Virus record (IMG/VR): IMGVR_UViG_3300027984_000004
Direction: 5' to 3' (one strand)
Source of the DNA: an uncultured virus (IMG/VR IMGVR_UViG_3300027984_000004)
Lineage: Duplodnaviria > Heunggongvirae > Uroviricota > Caudoviricetes
Length of the DNA stretch: 64,000 nucleotides
Both the position numbers and the translations under genes were made by a program. Shown in pieces: positions 28,696-39,800 of this stretch; position 1 is the stretch's first letter; every line of letters begins with the position of its first letter. A model generated the notes under the pieces. It had not been told where the DNA came from, made no database searches, and was given only the letters and a program-made list of their open reading frames with translations.

Positions 28696-29000
28696 TTTTT
28701 ATCACTTATAAAGAATTTCAATACGGCTCCAATGTTGCCAGTTTCTTTTAATATTTGTTCTGCGTGTGGTATTATTTGGTCTGGCGATTTTTGTTTGAAT
28801 GATTGCCATATTTGGTTATCTTTTAATGCTGAATCCCATCCTTTAGCTCTGGCTATTTGTTCTAGCCCTGCCATTACTGCCGCGACGGATTTTTCTGACT
28901 GGCCTATCTTCATAGCTTGATTCATTACCGTCCCTGCGTCCGGCATCTTTCCGCTGATCCATTTCCACACGCTTTGCAATAACGTCTGTGGTAACGCCAC
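28692..29000 (-). CDS. hypothetical protein of accessory module
   Basis: 102-aa ORF coupled to SOD-like gene. Confidence 0.55.
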   Translation of the reverse strand: MALPQTLLQSVWKWISGKMPDAGTVMNQAMKIGQSEKSVAAVMAGLEQIARAKGWDSALKDNQIWQSFKQKSPDQIIPHAEQILKETGNIGAVLKFFISDKK

Positions 29001-29508
29001 TGCTTATCATCTCCCGTATTTCGTAAACTAAATCTTCCAAATCACTTAATTTAGTCTGCATATCTTCAATTCGTGGCGTTAATAAATCAGGCTCTTTTTC
29101 TTTTGCCTGTTCTGCCGGTTGCTCTGATTCTACTTTTTTATATATTTCCTTATATGTAATCGGAATATTTGCATCAAAACGTTTAACGTAAAACGCGCCA
29201 TGCTCTTGATCATAAAAATATTGTTTATTGCCAGTCCAATCTGGCGCATAATTCCAGGCATCTTCCTCTGATTTAACTAATATAAATGGACTGGATTGTT
29301 GAACTGGCGGTGATTCATATGTAGAATTAACTGGCGTATTATATGTAGGCATCGTGTATGGCTCTTGTGGTTTTTGCATTAAACCAGCATAACGTTGTTC
29401 TATTTCTTTAAGCCTTTCTTCAATCCTTTGAATATACGGCGGTTGTGTGTACATTGGTTGATATGGGTATGGTGGCGGTGGATATCCGCCGCCGTAATAA
29501 TTACTCAT
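28843..29508 (-). CDS. Pro/Tyr/Gln-rich protein of accessory module
   Basis: MSNYYGGGYPPPPYPYQP...VKSEEDAWNY..D..G..YF.D...FYVK; AGGTGA RBS. Confidence 0.7.
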   Translation of the reverse strand: MSNYYGGGYPPPPYPYQPMYTQPPYIQRIEERLKEIEQRYAGLMQKPQEPYTMPTYNTPVNSTYESPPVQQSSPFILVKSEEDAWNYAPDWTGNKQYFYDQEHGAFYVKRFDANIPITYKEIYKKVESEQPAEQAKEKEPDLLTPRIEDMQTKLSDLEDLVYEIREMISSGVTTDVIAKRVEMDQRKDAGRRDGNESSYEDRPVRKIRRGSNGRARTNSQS

Positions 29509-29588
29509 GGTAATCACCTGAAAATAGCTTAACAAATAAAAAATGACGTGTCACTGGTTTTTATGCCAATAACGCGTCATTTTTATGC

Positions 29589-29798
29589 CTAACTTACGCC
29601 ATTTATTTTGTTTCTAATATTTGCCACTCTACGCTGTAATGTCCTGCAAGACATACATAGCTCATCGGCATATTGTTTTAATTTCCATTCGTTCCCGTAT
29701 TGACGGTATACATCAATTATTGTCATTTCTTCCCTCGTAAATCCACACGTATCTATTAACTGCGTCCATTCGGCAGGATATAGATCTATGATTTTCAT
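29589..29798 (-). CDS. small HTH regulator
   Basis: CGFTREE..I...YADELCMSCRTLQRRVANIRNKI. Confidence 0.75.
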   Translation of the reverse strand: MKIIDLYPAEWTQLIDTCGFTREEMTIIDVYRQYGNEWKLKQYADELCMSCRTLQRRVANIRNKINGVS

Positions 29799-29846
29799 TT
29801 GTCCGTCCTAACTCTTGATTTATCTATCTTTATCTGATTTGCGTTT

Positions 29847-30170
29847 TTACAAACATTCTAATACGGGCATTTGTGGAATCTCAGCATTAGGTGCTATCTT
29901 TATTAATACACGCTGTAATTCTAATATATATTTTTGCAAAATCTTAGAATCTTTTTCATATAAACTCAATTTATTTTCAAGCATAACAATTTTTGATTCA
30001 CACTTGCTTGATAAATCTTGCCATGCTTGAATCCTGTCATCTATATTCTTATTTCTGGCTTCGCTTTTCTTATTGCTTTGATTGACCCATAAAGTAATAA
30101 ATCCAGTTAATACACCACTGGTAATTATACCACCAATGGATGTTCCTATAAAATCAAGCACTTTATTCAT
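29847..30170 (-). CDS. holin-like / membrane-anchored coiled-coil protein
   Basis: N-terminal TM plus coiled coil, near endolysin. Confidence 0.5.
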   Translation of the reverse strand: MNKVLDFIGTSIGGIITSGVLTGFITLWVNQSNKKSEARNKNIDDRIQAWQDLSSKCESKIVMLENKLSLYEKDSKILQKYILELQRVLIKIAPNAEIPQMPVLECL

Positions 30171-30179
30171 CGCTTTCTA

Positions 30180-30650
30180 TTATATTATATTATGTCTCAA
30201 AATGCTTAACTTTAACCTCCATGTAAAAATTATAAATAAACAAATTGATAGTGCCAAGCTTACAAATGTTCTGTTCCAAAAGACTGACAAATTCATAAAA
30301 ACAAATATAAGTTTACCCAATATAATTAAAAAATGAATGATTTCATTAATTATTAAAAGAAAATTATCCTGATTTTTTGTTACTATTAATAGCAACGCAA
30401 TACCAACCGCAAAACCACTGGTGGCCGCAAAATAGAAACCAAACAAACCAGGGATAATATTTTGTGTCATAAGCATAAAGACATATCGTAAATATGCAGT
30501 ATAAACTATAGCTGTAAATGCATATATACAATACATAAACTGTTCATTTAATTTCTTAATGGATTTAAGATATTCAGACATTTCTTTAAACCACATCATA
30601 TGCGTTGAACAAAATCTAATGAAATCCAGCCAGCGCCACTTTTCAGCCAA
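30180..30650 (-). CDS. multi-pass membrane protein (holin candidate)
   Basis: Four hydrophobic segments, directly downstream of amidase. Confidence 0.5.
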   Translation of the reverse strand: MAEKWRWLDFIRFCSTHMMWFKEMSEYLKSIKKLNEQFMYCIYAFTAIVYTAYLRYVFMLMTQNIIPGLFGFYFAATSGFAVGIALLLIVTKNQDNFLLIINEIIHFLIILGKLIFVFMNLSVFWNRTFVSLALSICLFIIFTWRLKLSILRHNII

Positions 30651-31327
30651 CCCCAGCCTTTATTAGATCCTTGCCCCTGTTTACAATCAAGAATTGTATA
30701 ATTGCCTTTATCTTTAATAACGTCTACTATTGCATAATTTGTTCCTGGCCCGGAACGTATATTAAGAGTATCAGAATCAATTTTAACTAAACCATATTGT
30801 TCTACTGGTAAATTATTATTATTTCCAAGCTTTGCATTTACTAATCGTGCTATTTCTGGCATTTTAGCCTTCAAATATGGGCCTGGACAAAGCTTTTCGC
30901 GAAACATGTCATGAGTTGTCAAATTAGCATTAGACGTGCCGTCGAATTTCAATTCTTTAATATTATTTCTCTTGCAAATATCTACGCATAGCTCAATAAG
31001 ACTATTGTATGCTTTATCGCTAACCGGCCAATTGGGTGAACCGTCAGAATTGGCAACTTCAATCGTTACAGCCTTATTATCATTGTCTGGACTTGACGAA
31101 CACCACGATCTGTTTTTCTCATCAACATATAATCCTACACGCCCATCAGAGCCAATGCCGTAATTACTGGATGCCTGCGTAGAAGATTGTGCAAACCAAT
31201 TCCCACAAGATTCAATCGTAAGATTTCCCGCCATATGATGAATCGTAAGTTTACTGATTTGACTATTGCGAGGATTGGTTGAATTTGGAGAAATATGTGT
31301 ATGCACAATTAAATTACTATTACTCAT
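30596..31327 (-). CDS. endolysin: N-acetylmuramoyl-L-alanine amidase (Amidase_2) + SH3b
   Basis: TIHHMAG, ASSNYGIG, TIEVAN, H...CPGPYL; LNIRSGPGTNY...GWISL. Confidence 0.9.
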   Translation of the reverse strand: MSNSNLIVHTHISPNSTNPRNSQISKLTIHHMAGNLTIESCGNWFAQSSTQASSNYGIGSDGRVGLYVDEKNRSWCSSSPDNDNKAVTIEVANSDGSPNWPVSDKAYNSLIELCVDICKRNNIKELKFDGTSNANLTTHDMFREKLCPGPYLKAKMPEIARLVNAKLGNNNNLPVEQYGLVKIDSDTLNIRSGPGTNYAIVDVIKDKGNYTILDCKQGQGSNKGWGWLKSGAGWISLDFVQRI

Positions 31328-31401
31328 TCCGTCATCCCCTAGATGTAATATGAGTAATAGTATACATAATTGTATATATTTGCTAATGCGTTACGTATTT
31401 G

Positions 31402-31845
31402 TTAGATTTTCTGCCATCCCTGTGGGTATGCATCTGGAGACCAGACGTTATTATCTATAAGGCTTTTGTACGTATTGCCGTTATATATAACTATATCACC
31501 TGATTTATAAGAATCTTGTGAACCTACAGGCTGTTTCCATGGTGAACCTATTGGCTTTTCTTCTTGATATAATGCCGGAACCGCATCTGGTATCCACGTT
31601 GCTTGCGCCATATGCGATTGAATTACTTTATATATTTTACCATTGTATTTTAATGTTTGACCAACATTATACCATGTGCCTACAAGCCAATCCATACCAT
31701 CTTGCGCCTGCGCTATTGCGCCCTCCGCCACTAAGGATATTTCTTCCGGCGTAAGATTGACTATGCCTCCATGCTGATCAATAACCATCTTGCGCTGTAT
31801 GTCATTTGCTTGTTTATATTTCAATGCCAAGTCCAATAAACTCAT
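31402..31845 (-). CDS. carbohydrate-binding (CBM5/12-like) protein
   Basis: YKVIQSH....W.PD.VPALY; WKQP.G..DSY..GDIV.YNG..YKSLIDNNVWSP..YPQGW. Confidence 0.8.
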   Translation of the reverse strand: MSLLDLALKYKQANDIQRKMVIDQHGGIVNLTPEEISLVAEGAIAQAQDGMDWLVGTWYNVGQTLKYNGKIYKVIQSHMAQATWIPDAVPALYQEEKPIGSPWKQPVGSQDSYKSGDIVIYNGNTYKSLIDNNVWSPDAYPQGWQKI

Positions 31846-32201
31846 TATGCCGTCCCTCCTAAAACTGTATTCAATGCCTGTTCAAGTGTTGCTATTCTAT
31901 CCTTTAAATCTTTTATTTCATCGTTTGAATTAGAATCTGGAGGATTAGTTGTAGTTGGCTGGACATACGGAAATACAGATTCATGTTCTTCAATCATTTT
32001 AGTGTATTCGCTAATTACTTCATCATTCCACAATTCAGACACGCGAGCATACAATTCTATTGGCAATATTTCTTTAGCCCTACTTAATTTATTTGGCGTT
32101 AATCCTTCGCGTCCATATTCAATATAATTGCCATTTTCATCTTCAACGGAGTAAATGACAGATATTGAGTATTTACCCAATACCTCAATTGATACTTTCA
32201 T
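31845..32201 (-). CDS. hypothetical protein (tail-fibre associated)
   Basis: 118-aa ORF downstream of fibre gene. Confidence 0.55.
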   Translation of the reverse strand: MKVSIEVLGKYSISVIYSVEDENGNYIEYGREGLTPNKLSRAKEILPIELYARVSELWNDEVISEYTKMIEEHESVFPYVQPTTTNPPDSNSNDEIKDLKDRIATLEQALNTVLGGTA

Positions 32202-32211
32202 TTAATCTCTC

Positions 32212-33360
32212 CTAATCTATTGGATAAATTCCAGATAAAAATACTGACACAGTACCTGACGTTGGAAGCGTCCCTACTGTAAAATATCCGGTATCAGCCG
32301 TCAAATTAATTCTTGCCGACGCAGGCGCTATTATAGCATTTCTTATCGTTGCGCTATTAGTGTATCCTACTGAAATAGTTTGATATGTCCCTGTTATATT
32401 TTTACATGCAATGGGCAATCCATCTATTACAACTGTCAATCCATCACTGGCTGTTCCAGCCGCCTTTGTTATAGTTACGTTAGTACTTACATATACATAA
32501 CTCCCTAATCTTATATAACTAGCCGCTGTGAATGTTAACGTGTACCCCGCATTTCCTGCGCCCGGAACCCACGTACCAGTCGTAAAAGGCAAATTCAGCC
32601 CATGCCATATATCATACGTATTGTAAATACCAGCAGTTTCTGCAATATATTGCAATCCCTTCTTATCATCTGCCAAATAGGAGGGTGCCCAAATTACTAA
32701 TTCACGCACATAAGATGTATCAGAGCCAAATGTCGTTATATTAAATTGATTACTGGTATTATAAATATGACTTAATATATTAGATGTTTTTAGTATAATA
32801 CGACTATTAGACGATGGATTTTGTATATTTAAATCACCGGTCATTGTATCGCCAATTCTATTGACTTTTGCTAAATCTAATACATTAAATTTATTATCAA
32901 CATATGCAGGTGTAGCAAATGAACCAGACTGTAAACCATCAAGTATGGTTTGTGCTTCGTTTACAATATCTGTAAGTGTTGCCATATAAGACCTCCTCAA
33001 GCTTTCCGTGTCAACTAAATCTGAAACAAGTAAATAGCGAAAATATAAAGTAGCGGCTATTGTGCCGTCTAAATTTCTCAAACGAATATAACCAATTATA
33101 ATACCAGTAACATCAAATAATTCTGGTCGTAATACATAAGATATGCCCTGCGGTGATAATATTCCATAATCCTGCACGTTTGTTTTATCTGGTTTTTGAA
33201 ATACTATTTCCACCCTATTAAATAATTGATAGTTCAGCTCATTGCTATCCTTATAAATTCTGAATATAAATTTAACGCTATTATCATTTGCCTGGTTAAT
33301 GACTATATTCGTTCTTTGTGTCGTTGGTTCGTCAAAATCTAGTTTAATTGTATATTCTAT
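32212..33360 (-). CDS. baseplate upper/receptor-binding protein (BppU-like N-terminus); probable ATA start
   Basis: Frame open to ATA at 33360 (IEYTIKLDFD...NQANDNSVKFIF); KVNRIGDTMTGDL fibre motif and beta-rich C-terminus. Confidence 0.65.
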   Translation of the reverse strand: MEYTIKLDFDEPTTQRTNIVINQANDNSVKFIFRIYKDSNELNYQLFNRVEIVFQKPDKTNVQDYGILSPQGISYVLRPELFDVTGIIIGYIRLRNLDGTIAATLYFRYLLVSDLVDTESLRRSYMATLTDIVNEAQTILDGLQSGSFATPAYVDNKFNVLDLAKVNRIGDTMTGDLNIQNPSSNSRIILKTSNILSHIYNTSNQFNITTFGSDTSYVRELVIWAPSYLADDKKGLQYIAETAGIYNTYDIWHGLNLPFTTGTWVPGAGNAGYTLTFTAASYIRLGSYVYVSTNVTITKAAGTASDGLTVVIDGLPIACKNITGTYQTISVGYTNSATIRNAIIAPASARINLTADTGYFTVGTLPTSGTVSVFLSGIYPID

Positions 33361-33374
33361 TTAAACCACTCCCC

Positions 33375-33656
33375 TTAATTAATGGGTGTCCAACTTCCGA
33401 TTATACATTCATCTATCAACATAATCCTATCTCCGATTTGCGGTTCATATGAACGCATCCGACGATATATTTTTTCGCTCACTAATTGACTTCCATCAAA
33501 TCGTATATGCGGCTCTCCACTTGCAGTTAAAGATACAACATTAGCATACTGTATATTTGTTTTGGCACGTTCGGTTTTCTGCGCTTTCTTTTGTTCTCTT
33601 CCCCAATATTGACTATTGGTTGCAATATTGCTCACAGCATCACAGACCTCCTGCAC
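33375..33656 (-). CDS. small tail-tip/baseplate protein
   Basis: PHIRFDG...YEPQIGDRIML, OB-like pattern, tail-tip context. Confidence 0.6.
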   Translation of the reverse strand: MQEVCDAVSNIATNSQYWGREQKKAQKTERAKTNIQYANVVSLTASGEPHIRFDGSQLVSEKIYRRMRSYEPQIGDRIMLIDECIIGSWTPIN

Positions 33657-34759
33657 TCATGTACCATTAACCCTTCAAAAGACAAATCCATTTCCCATCG
33701 CGTCTCAGTATAAATCTGTGGAACGTCCATTAGGGTTTTGTCGAAAAAATAAATTGTATCACCACTACCATGCGTAGGCATAAGCGGCGTTTTAAACGTC
33801 AAATGACTATACGTTGACATACTATTTAAAGCTATTCTACGCGTATATGCCGTCAATGCTGATTGATTGGCTATATTTTCTATCTCTTCATAACTAACAA
33901 TATGCCGCCCACGACTGACTGTAGATGTTGCTGACGATGGATTACTATTGATAATCGTTGCCACAAGCTCCGTTTCATCGTCCAAATTACGCGCCACTCT
34001 TGTAAATACATTCGGTTGTTTAGATATATCTAATTCATCAACTATTTCTGGTACAATAATACTATCTCTATCAGATATATAATAATGATTTATTGGCCTT
34101 AATGCAGGTTCAATATACGGCTCTGCTCTAAAAAAACCATCTTCGTCTACATAGATGCTCTTATAGTTTATTTCACCCAATAACGTGTTGACTACTTCCC
34201 TAATAGTTAATCCTATTGCAAATTCTCTATCTGAGCGTAAAGCAGAATCTGTGCGTTCAATGTTTATCTTATTTATTCCAGTTAATGCAAGTATCTTCAA
34301 AATCGCGCCTACATAATTTGTGCCAGCACGAATGAAGAAACGTTCAGTTAATCTATCTCCATCTAAAATAATAGATTCATCGTACGCGCCTATACTGCGA
34401 GTGGACTTATTGCCATATATATTCCTTTGTGGAGTTTCCAATAAAAATGTTCCCATTAAAAATTCTACTGTTCCTCTACCATCAGGCATATGCAAGATAA
34501 CTATAACTGATATCCGATCGGATAAAAAATTCACATCATGACTGATGGTTTCGTCTAATTCAAATGTTGCTGAACGCTTTACACTGGCTAAATCCTGATA
34601 TGCAAGTTTTGCGCTAGTTATGCCAGGTAAAACACATAACATAGCATTATCTTTATTTAAGAGATTGTATCTGAATGAAATTTGTCGGATGCGGTCTTTG
34701 AATTTCAAAGCCGCATCAATCTCAGCGTCAGTATAATTTAATGGATTACTTATTATTAT
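33632..34759 (-). CDS. tail tip / baseplate hub protein; probable ATA start
   Basis: Position after distal tail gene; LGEINY.SIYVDEDG, TSTVSRGR; frame open to ATA at 34759. Confidence 0.65.
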   Translation of the reverse strand: MIISNPLNYTDAEIDAALKFKDRIRQISFRYNLLNKDNAMLCVLPGITSAKLAYQDLASVKRSATFELDETISHDVNFLSDRISVIVILHMPDGRGTVEFLMGTFLLETPQRNIYGNKSTRSIGAYDESIILDGDRLTERFFIRAGTNYVGAILKILALTGINKINIERTDSALRSDREFAIGLTIREVVNTLLGEINYKSIYVDEDGFFRAEPYIEPALRPINHYYISDRDSIIVPEIVDELDISKQPNVFTRVARNLDDETELVATIINSNPSSATSTVSRGRHIVSYEEIENIANQSALTAYTRRIALNSMSTYSHLTFKTPLMPTHGSGDTIYFFDKTLMDVPQIYTETRWEMDLSFEGLMVHECRRSVML

Positions 34760-34790
34760 TTTACATCACCCCGCTAAAAATGTAAAGCTT

Positions 34791-36839
34791 TTACAGCGGT
34801 ACTTGTTCATCAAAATCACTTTCACGAAAAACGAACGAAACAACATAGTTAATTTTCTTCTCAACATGCGTATCCGGCATGACGGCATATGCATTAATAT
34901 CGGTATTTGAGTTGACTTGCCCATCCACCTGCCCAAATATAGTTCCGTGCCGTTTGTCGCGCAATATCAATATTTCATCTTTACCTGTCAATTTATGCAA
35001 TGCATCCCGTTCTGCGCGTGAAACATAAAAGCTTAAACTTATAGTGCGGCTGATAAAATTTCCAAGTTGAACAACCGGTGACTGACGGCCCACAACATTC
35101 AAGAATGACTTTTCATACTGGTATTGTTGTGATATATCTGGCGCACTGCCTAATTGCCATAACATTTTTAATAAATTGCTTCTATCATTAACTGACGCAA
35201 TAGTTGTCTCCGGATAATTCAATTTCATACTGACGATATTACTATCAGCAAAATTATTTGTATCTGTAACTATACGAACAAAATATTTGTATCTGGTTCC
35301 AGGCGCGGCAGTCCAATCCTCATATCTATCATTGTTAACCTTTGCTATTCGAATATAATTATCTTCATCGAATAAACTCCTGTAAATATAAACTGTGTAT
35401 TTTGTGTTATTAAAATATAAACGTATACAATAATCCATATCATTACGCGCAACATCTAAATCTAAATATGCAGGAATCATCGTATTAATTGTAAATACAT
35501 ATTCTGTCCATGAAGATGTATATCCATACTGATTAGCCGTTCTTATTCTTACTGTATATGTTCCATTTTGAAATAATCCAGTAGTCAAATATGGTTGACT
35601 AGTATAAGGCAAATTTGCCATTGAATAAACGACATTTCCTGCCTGTAAAATTTCCATTTCCCAGCTCAAAACATTCTGCGCCGTAAACGATATTGTTGGC
35701 CTATTATTATTACTAACACCAGTTATGACCGGTGGTTTTGGAGCGCCTACAGTAAAGAATTGCGCTATTTCAGACCACGGGCCAGCATCACCAAGCGCAC
35801 CGTATGACATTGCTTGCCATTCAACTGTATTTTGACCAATTATAGGATTTGTCATTACATTTGGAGCGGCACTGGTTTTAGTAATCCATTCACCACCCTG
35901 TATTCTATATCTTACTGTAAATCCCGTCGGCGTTGTATCATATAATGAACGATATTCAAATTCTAGCAGTATGCCAGATTCAGCATTTACAGAAATTCCC
36001 ACAGGAAAAACTAAAACTGGTGCAAGCGGTTGCGTGACAGATAAAGGCACACTTGCCAACGATGACCATGCGCCCCAACCATTATATTGTGTCTGTGTTC
36101 GTACTCTAAACGTAAGCGTATTTAATGACGTATATGTGTTTGCTGGCAATATATAATAATTCAATGTGCCTGATATTGTTTGCGTAATCGTTGTCCCGCC
36201 GGATTGACTTATTTCAATTTGGCTGGCAATCTGTGGATCATTTGCTAATAATTGCGGATTAGGCGTATGAACCCAACTGAATCTAATCGGCCCTTTAGGA
36301 TTTTGTGATGTTGTAGGTTGTAATCCTACTGGTGCATATGGCAATAATTGAGTAACAATGGCTTCCAGCCAAGCATCGCTATCTGTTGCTAATGCATAAC
36401 TGTCAAGCGTATAACTAAAATAAGTCCCAATCATGCCGGAAACAGCATTATTGATATTGAAAATATCGGTTATATCCAAGTCTAATTGTCCACTATGCAA
36501 AGTATCATTTGATATATGCTTATTAGGATATAAATGATTGGTATTTGCAATATCAGGTAATATCTGCGGTCTTGATGAATCTTTGGAATTAAAAGTATAT
36601 AATGTATAATTGGCAAATCCAGAGCCATCCATAGTATCCAATGCTGATCTTGTTCTTCTTAACATTATATTGGATAATTGAGAACGCAATAGAACGTTGC
36701 AATCATACATTATATAACAATCATAACGCCATTCACGGCCAATAATATCTACATATCGTCCATATCTAATTCCTTGAATAGTTTCACCTGTAGGGGCAAC
36801 ATAATAAGCCGCTATTTTAGGAATTACAACTGTAGCCAT
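34791..36839 (-). CDS. distal tail protein with fibronectin-III-like repeats
   Basis: Follows TMP; FRVRT...WGAWS, WQA...GPWSE FN3-like motifs. Confidence 0.65.
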   Translation of the reverse strand: MATVVIPKIAAYYVAPTGETIQGIRYGRYVDIIGREWRYDCYIMYDCNVLLRSQLSNIMLRRTRSALDTMDGSGFANYTLYTFNSKDSSRPQILPDIANTNHLYPNKHISNDTLHSGQLDLDITDIFNINNAVSGMIGTYFSYTLDSYALATDSDAWLEAIVTQLLPYAPVGLQPTTSQNPKGPIRFSWVHTPNPQLLANDPQIASQIEISQSGGTTITQTISGTLNYYILPANTYTSLNTLTFRVRTQTQYNGWGAWSSLASVPLSVTQPLAPVLVFPVGISVNAESGILLEFEYRSLYDTTPTGFTVRYRIQGGEWITKTSAAPNVMTNPIIGQNTVEWQAMSYGALGDAGPWSEIAQFFTVGAPKPPVITGVSNNNRPTISFTAQNVLSWEMEILQAGNVVYSMANLPYTSQPYLTTGLFQNGTYTVRIRTANQYGYTSSWTEYVFTINTMIPAYLDLDVARNDMDYCIRLYFNNTKYTVYIYRSLFDEDNYIRIAKVNNDRYEDWTAAPGTRYKYFVRIVTDTNNFADSNIVSMKLNYPETTIASVNDRSNLLKMLWQLGSAPDISQQYQYEKSFLNVVGRQSPVVQLGNFISRTISLSFYVSRAERDALHKLTGKDEILILRDKRHGTIFGQVDGQVNSNTDINAYAVMPDTHVEKKINYVVSFVFRESDFDEQVPL

Positions 36840-36841
36840 AA

Positions 36842-39800
36842 TTATACTCCCCAGACAACTTCGTTATGGCGCATATTAGAAAATATTTGCAATAATTGCG
36901 CCACGCTTCCAATGTCTTCCATTTTTACATTTGCAGAATAATAGTTGTTTATAATATTCCCCTGTTGTGATTCAGTTGTGCTCAATGCTGGAATTGATGT
37001 TGTATTACCAGTTAGATTAATTGATGAATTTTCAATATCACTGAGCGCATTACTAACTGTTTCTGGTATTTTCATCGCGGCTTTTTCTATTTCAGTTGCA
37101 CTATTATTCAGTCCTATAGCATAGCCTTCTCCTGTATCCTCACCGTAACCCATATATAATTTTGACGGCGATCCTCTTTGAAGGAAATTAGACAATGCCG
37201 ATGAAGCTGACGACAATACGCTTGTTATTTTGCCCATAATGGATTCTCTTTTGCTTTCGATACCATTAGCAAAACCTGAACCTGCGTCCCTACCTGCCTG
37301 TTCAAATTCACCTTGTGCAGTTTGCGCTTCTTTTCCAGCCTGTTGTACTATATCTCTTACGCGTGGCGGCAATTTTTGCAATTCTTGCTCTGATAAATCG
37401 ACCATACCCTTCATAGCGCCAGATACAATTATTTTTGTTTCTTCACTATGTTCTTGTGCCATCGTTGTTGCTTGGCTCATATTTTTATCAAACGATGCAG
37501 ATAAACGTTGCAATTCTTCATCTGATGAATCAGCCAATAATTTAACTTGCGCCGCTCCTTCAATGCCCATTGTCTCAAGTTTTTGCAGTATGCCGTCCGA
37601 CAATCTTCCATATAAACTATCCAGATTTTGTCTCCATTGCTCAGTAGCTTGCGCATTATGCTCTAAATTAGTGATCATTGATTCTACAGATTGGGCTTGC
37701 CCTTCCGCTATTTGCGAAAACATATCAGTTGTTATCTGTACATATGTTTTCATTCTCTCCTCATCTTGCGCAAGCATATCCTCCCATTGCTTTAACGTCA
37801 TTCCACGTTTAGCGGCCTCCGCTTCTAAAGAATCAGTATATGCTTGTTGTGCGTCTTTTAATTCTTGTATTCTATTTGTCAAATCAGTCATTGTACTTGA
37901 TTCTTGTTCTTGCGCCTGAACTATTGAATTACTTGATTGAGCATAATTCCCTGCCACGATTTCCATTTCACTTAAATCTGCCGTATATCCTTGAACTGTT
38001 ACTTGCGATTGCCCTAAAACATCATTTAATTGTGTTTGTGCATTCGTATAATCATTAATACTAGTATTAATGGTAGTCAAGTTATTCATTTGATTTTCAT
38101 ATTCACCAGTTAAACCATTAAGACTATTCTTAGTATCCTCAGCGGCCTGCATAACCCCTGTTAGTCCAGTATTCGTAAAATCAAATTGTGGATTTAATTC
38201 ATTAGCTTTTTGAATAAGCGTATCTACACTGGCGGCATATTCTTCTTGAGATATTTTACCACTATCCAGCGATTCAATTAAATTATCAGATTCAACCACT
38301 ATTTGATTTAAGCCAATAGCGAATTGACTTTGTTGTGTTATCTGATTCGCCATTGCTTGCGTCTGTTGTTCGATCGCTTCTTTTTCCTGCATAAGTGCAT
38401 TTATGTTTGTTTCCGACATTTGAGCTTCAAGTTTTGCAATGGCTACTTGTTTTTGTGATTCGGTTAAACCTTCCAATGCCGTTATCTGATCTAAAAATGC
38501 ACTATTTTCTTGTGCAACATTAGCGATTAATCCTCCAGATTTATCAATCAATGCCTGTTTAACTGTTGCCAATTCATTCTGAGCAATAGTTAATTCATTT
38601 GTGGGCATTTTACCTGTCGCAATAGCATCTGATAATTCTATAAATCTGGCTTTTAAAGATGATATATCAGATTGTTTTGTATTAAGGCTTTCAAGATCAT
38701 TTGCTAATTCATTTACGATCTTCCCACTACCAATAAACGCCTGATAACTTTCCTCTTGTGCCTGTTTGTATTTATTCCATGCCGTTATACCCAATGTCAC
38801 AGCGGTAGTTATACCTGCAATAGCTAATATAACTGGATGCGCAAGTAAAACTGTCATTGCGGCGCTAACGCCTTCAAGCGCAGTTATTAATGTAGTAAAC
38901 CCAGCAGATAAACTACTTACTATTTGCCAAGCGGCAAATCCTGTTGCAACTGAAATAATTAATGGCGATAATGCGTCAATAACACTTATGGCAGTATTAA
39001 TCCCATTTATGAGTTTAGCAATTCCTTCAATAACTCCCGGCAATGCATCAACTGCAAATTTTACCATACGTTCTATTAACGTTCCCATATTGGCGGCCAT
39101 ATTGTCCAGCGCACTACCTAACGCACCGCCCTGCATATCCGCTAACAAATCATTCATTGATTCTGTTACTGAATCAACCGTTTGTCTAAATGGTATTTTC
39201 ATTTTGTCAAATAATGCAATCTGGATTGATTCCATAGAACCACTTAACGCTTCTATAGAACCAGCAACATTATCAAGCATAGTCGATGCCATTTCAGCCG
39301 CCGCGCCATCTGCACTTCTTAATCCATCAGTTAAGGCTTGCAATTTTTGCGGGCCAGCGTCAACTAATGTTAACATACCCGATAACGCTTCTTGTCCAAA
39401 CAATACCGCTAAGGTTTGATTCTTTTGTTCTTGGGTTAATCCTGTAGTACCAACTCTTAATTGTTCAATAATTCCCGGCAATGGTAACATGTTTCCGTGA
39501 GCGTCAAAAAAGTTCATCCCTAAATCTTTCATTGCCCCGGACATTTGTTCTGTAGGGCTAGTCAATCGTGATAATGCCGCTCTTAATGTCGTACCTGCTT
39601 GACTACCCATAATACCAGCATCAGACATAACTCCAATAGCGGCGGCTGTTTCTTCTAGGCTTAATCCCATCGCATGGGCAACAGGCGCAATGTATTTCAT
39701 TGCCTCGCCCATCGTACCCACACTGGCATTAGTATCAGCGGCTGATTTTGCGAATACATCCGAAACATGTCCAGCATCTTTTGCTTCTAATCCAAATCCA

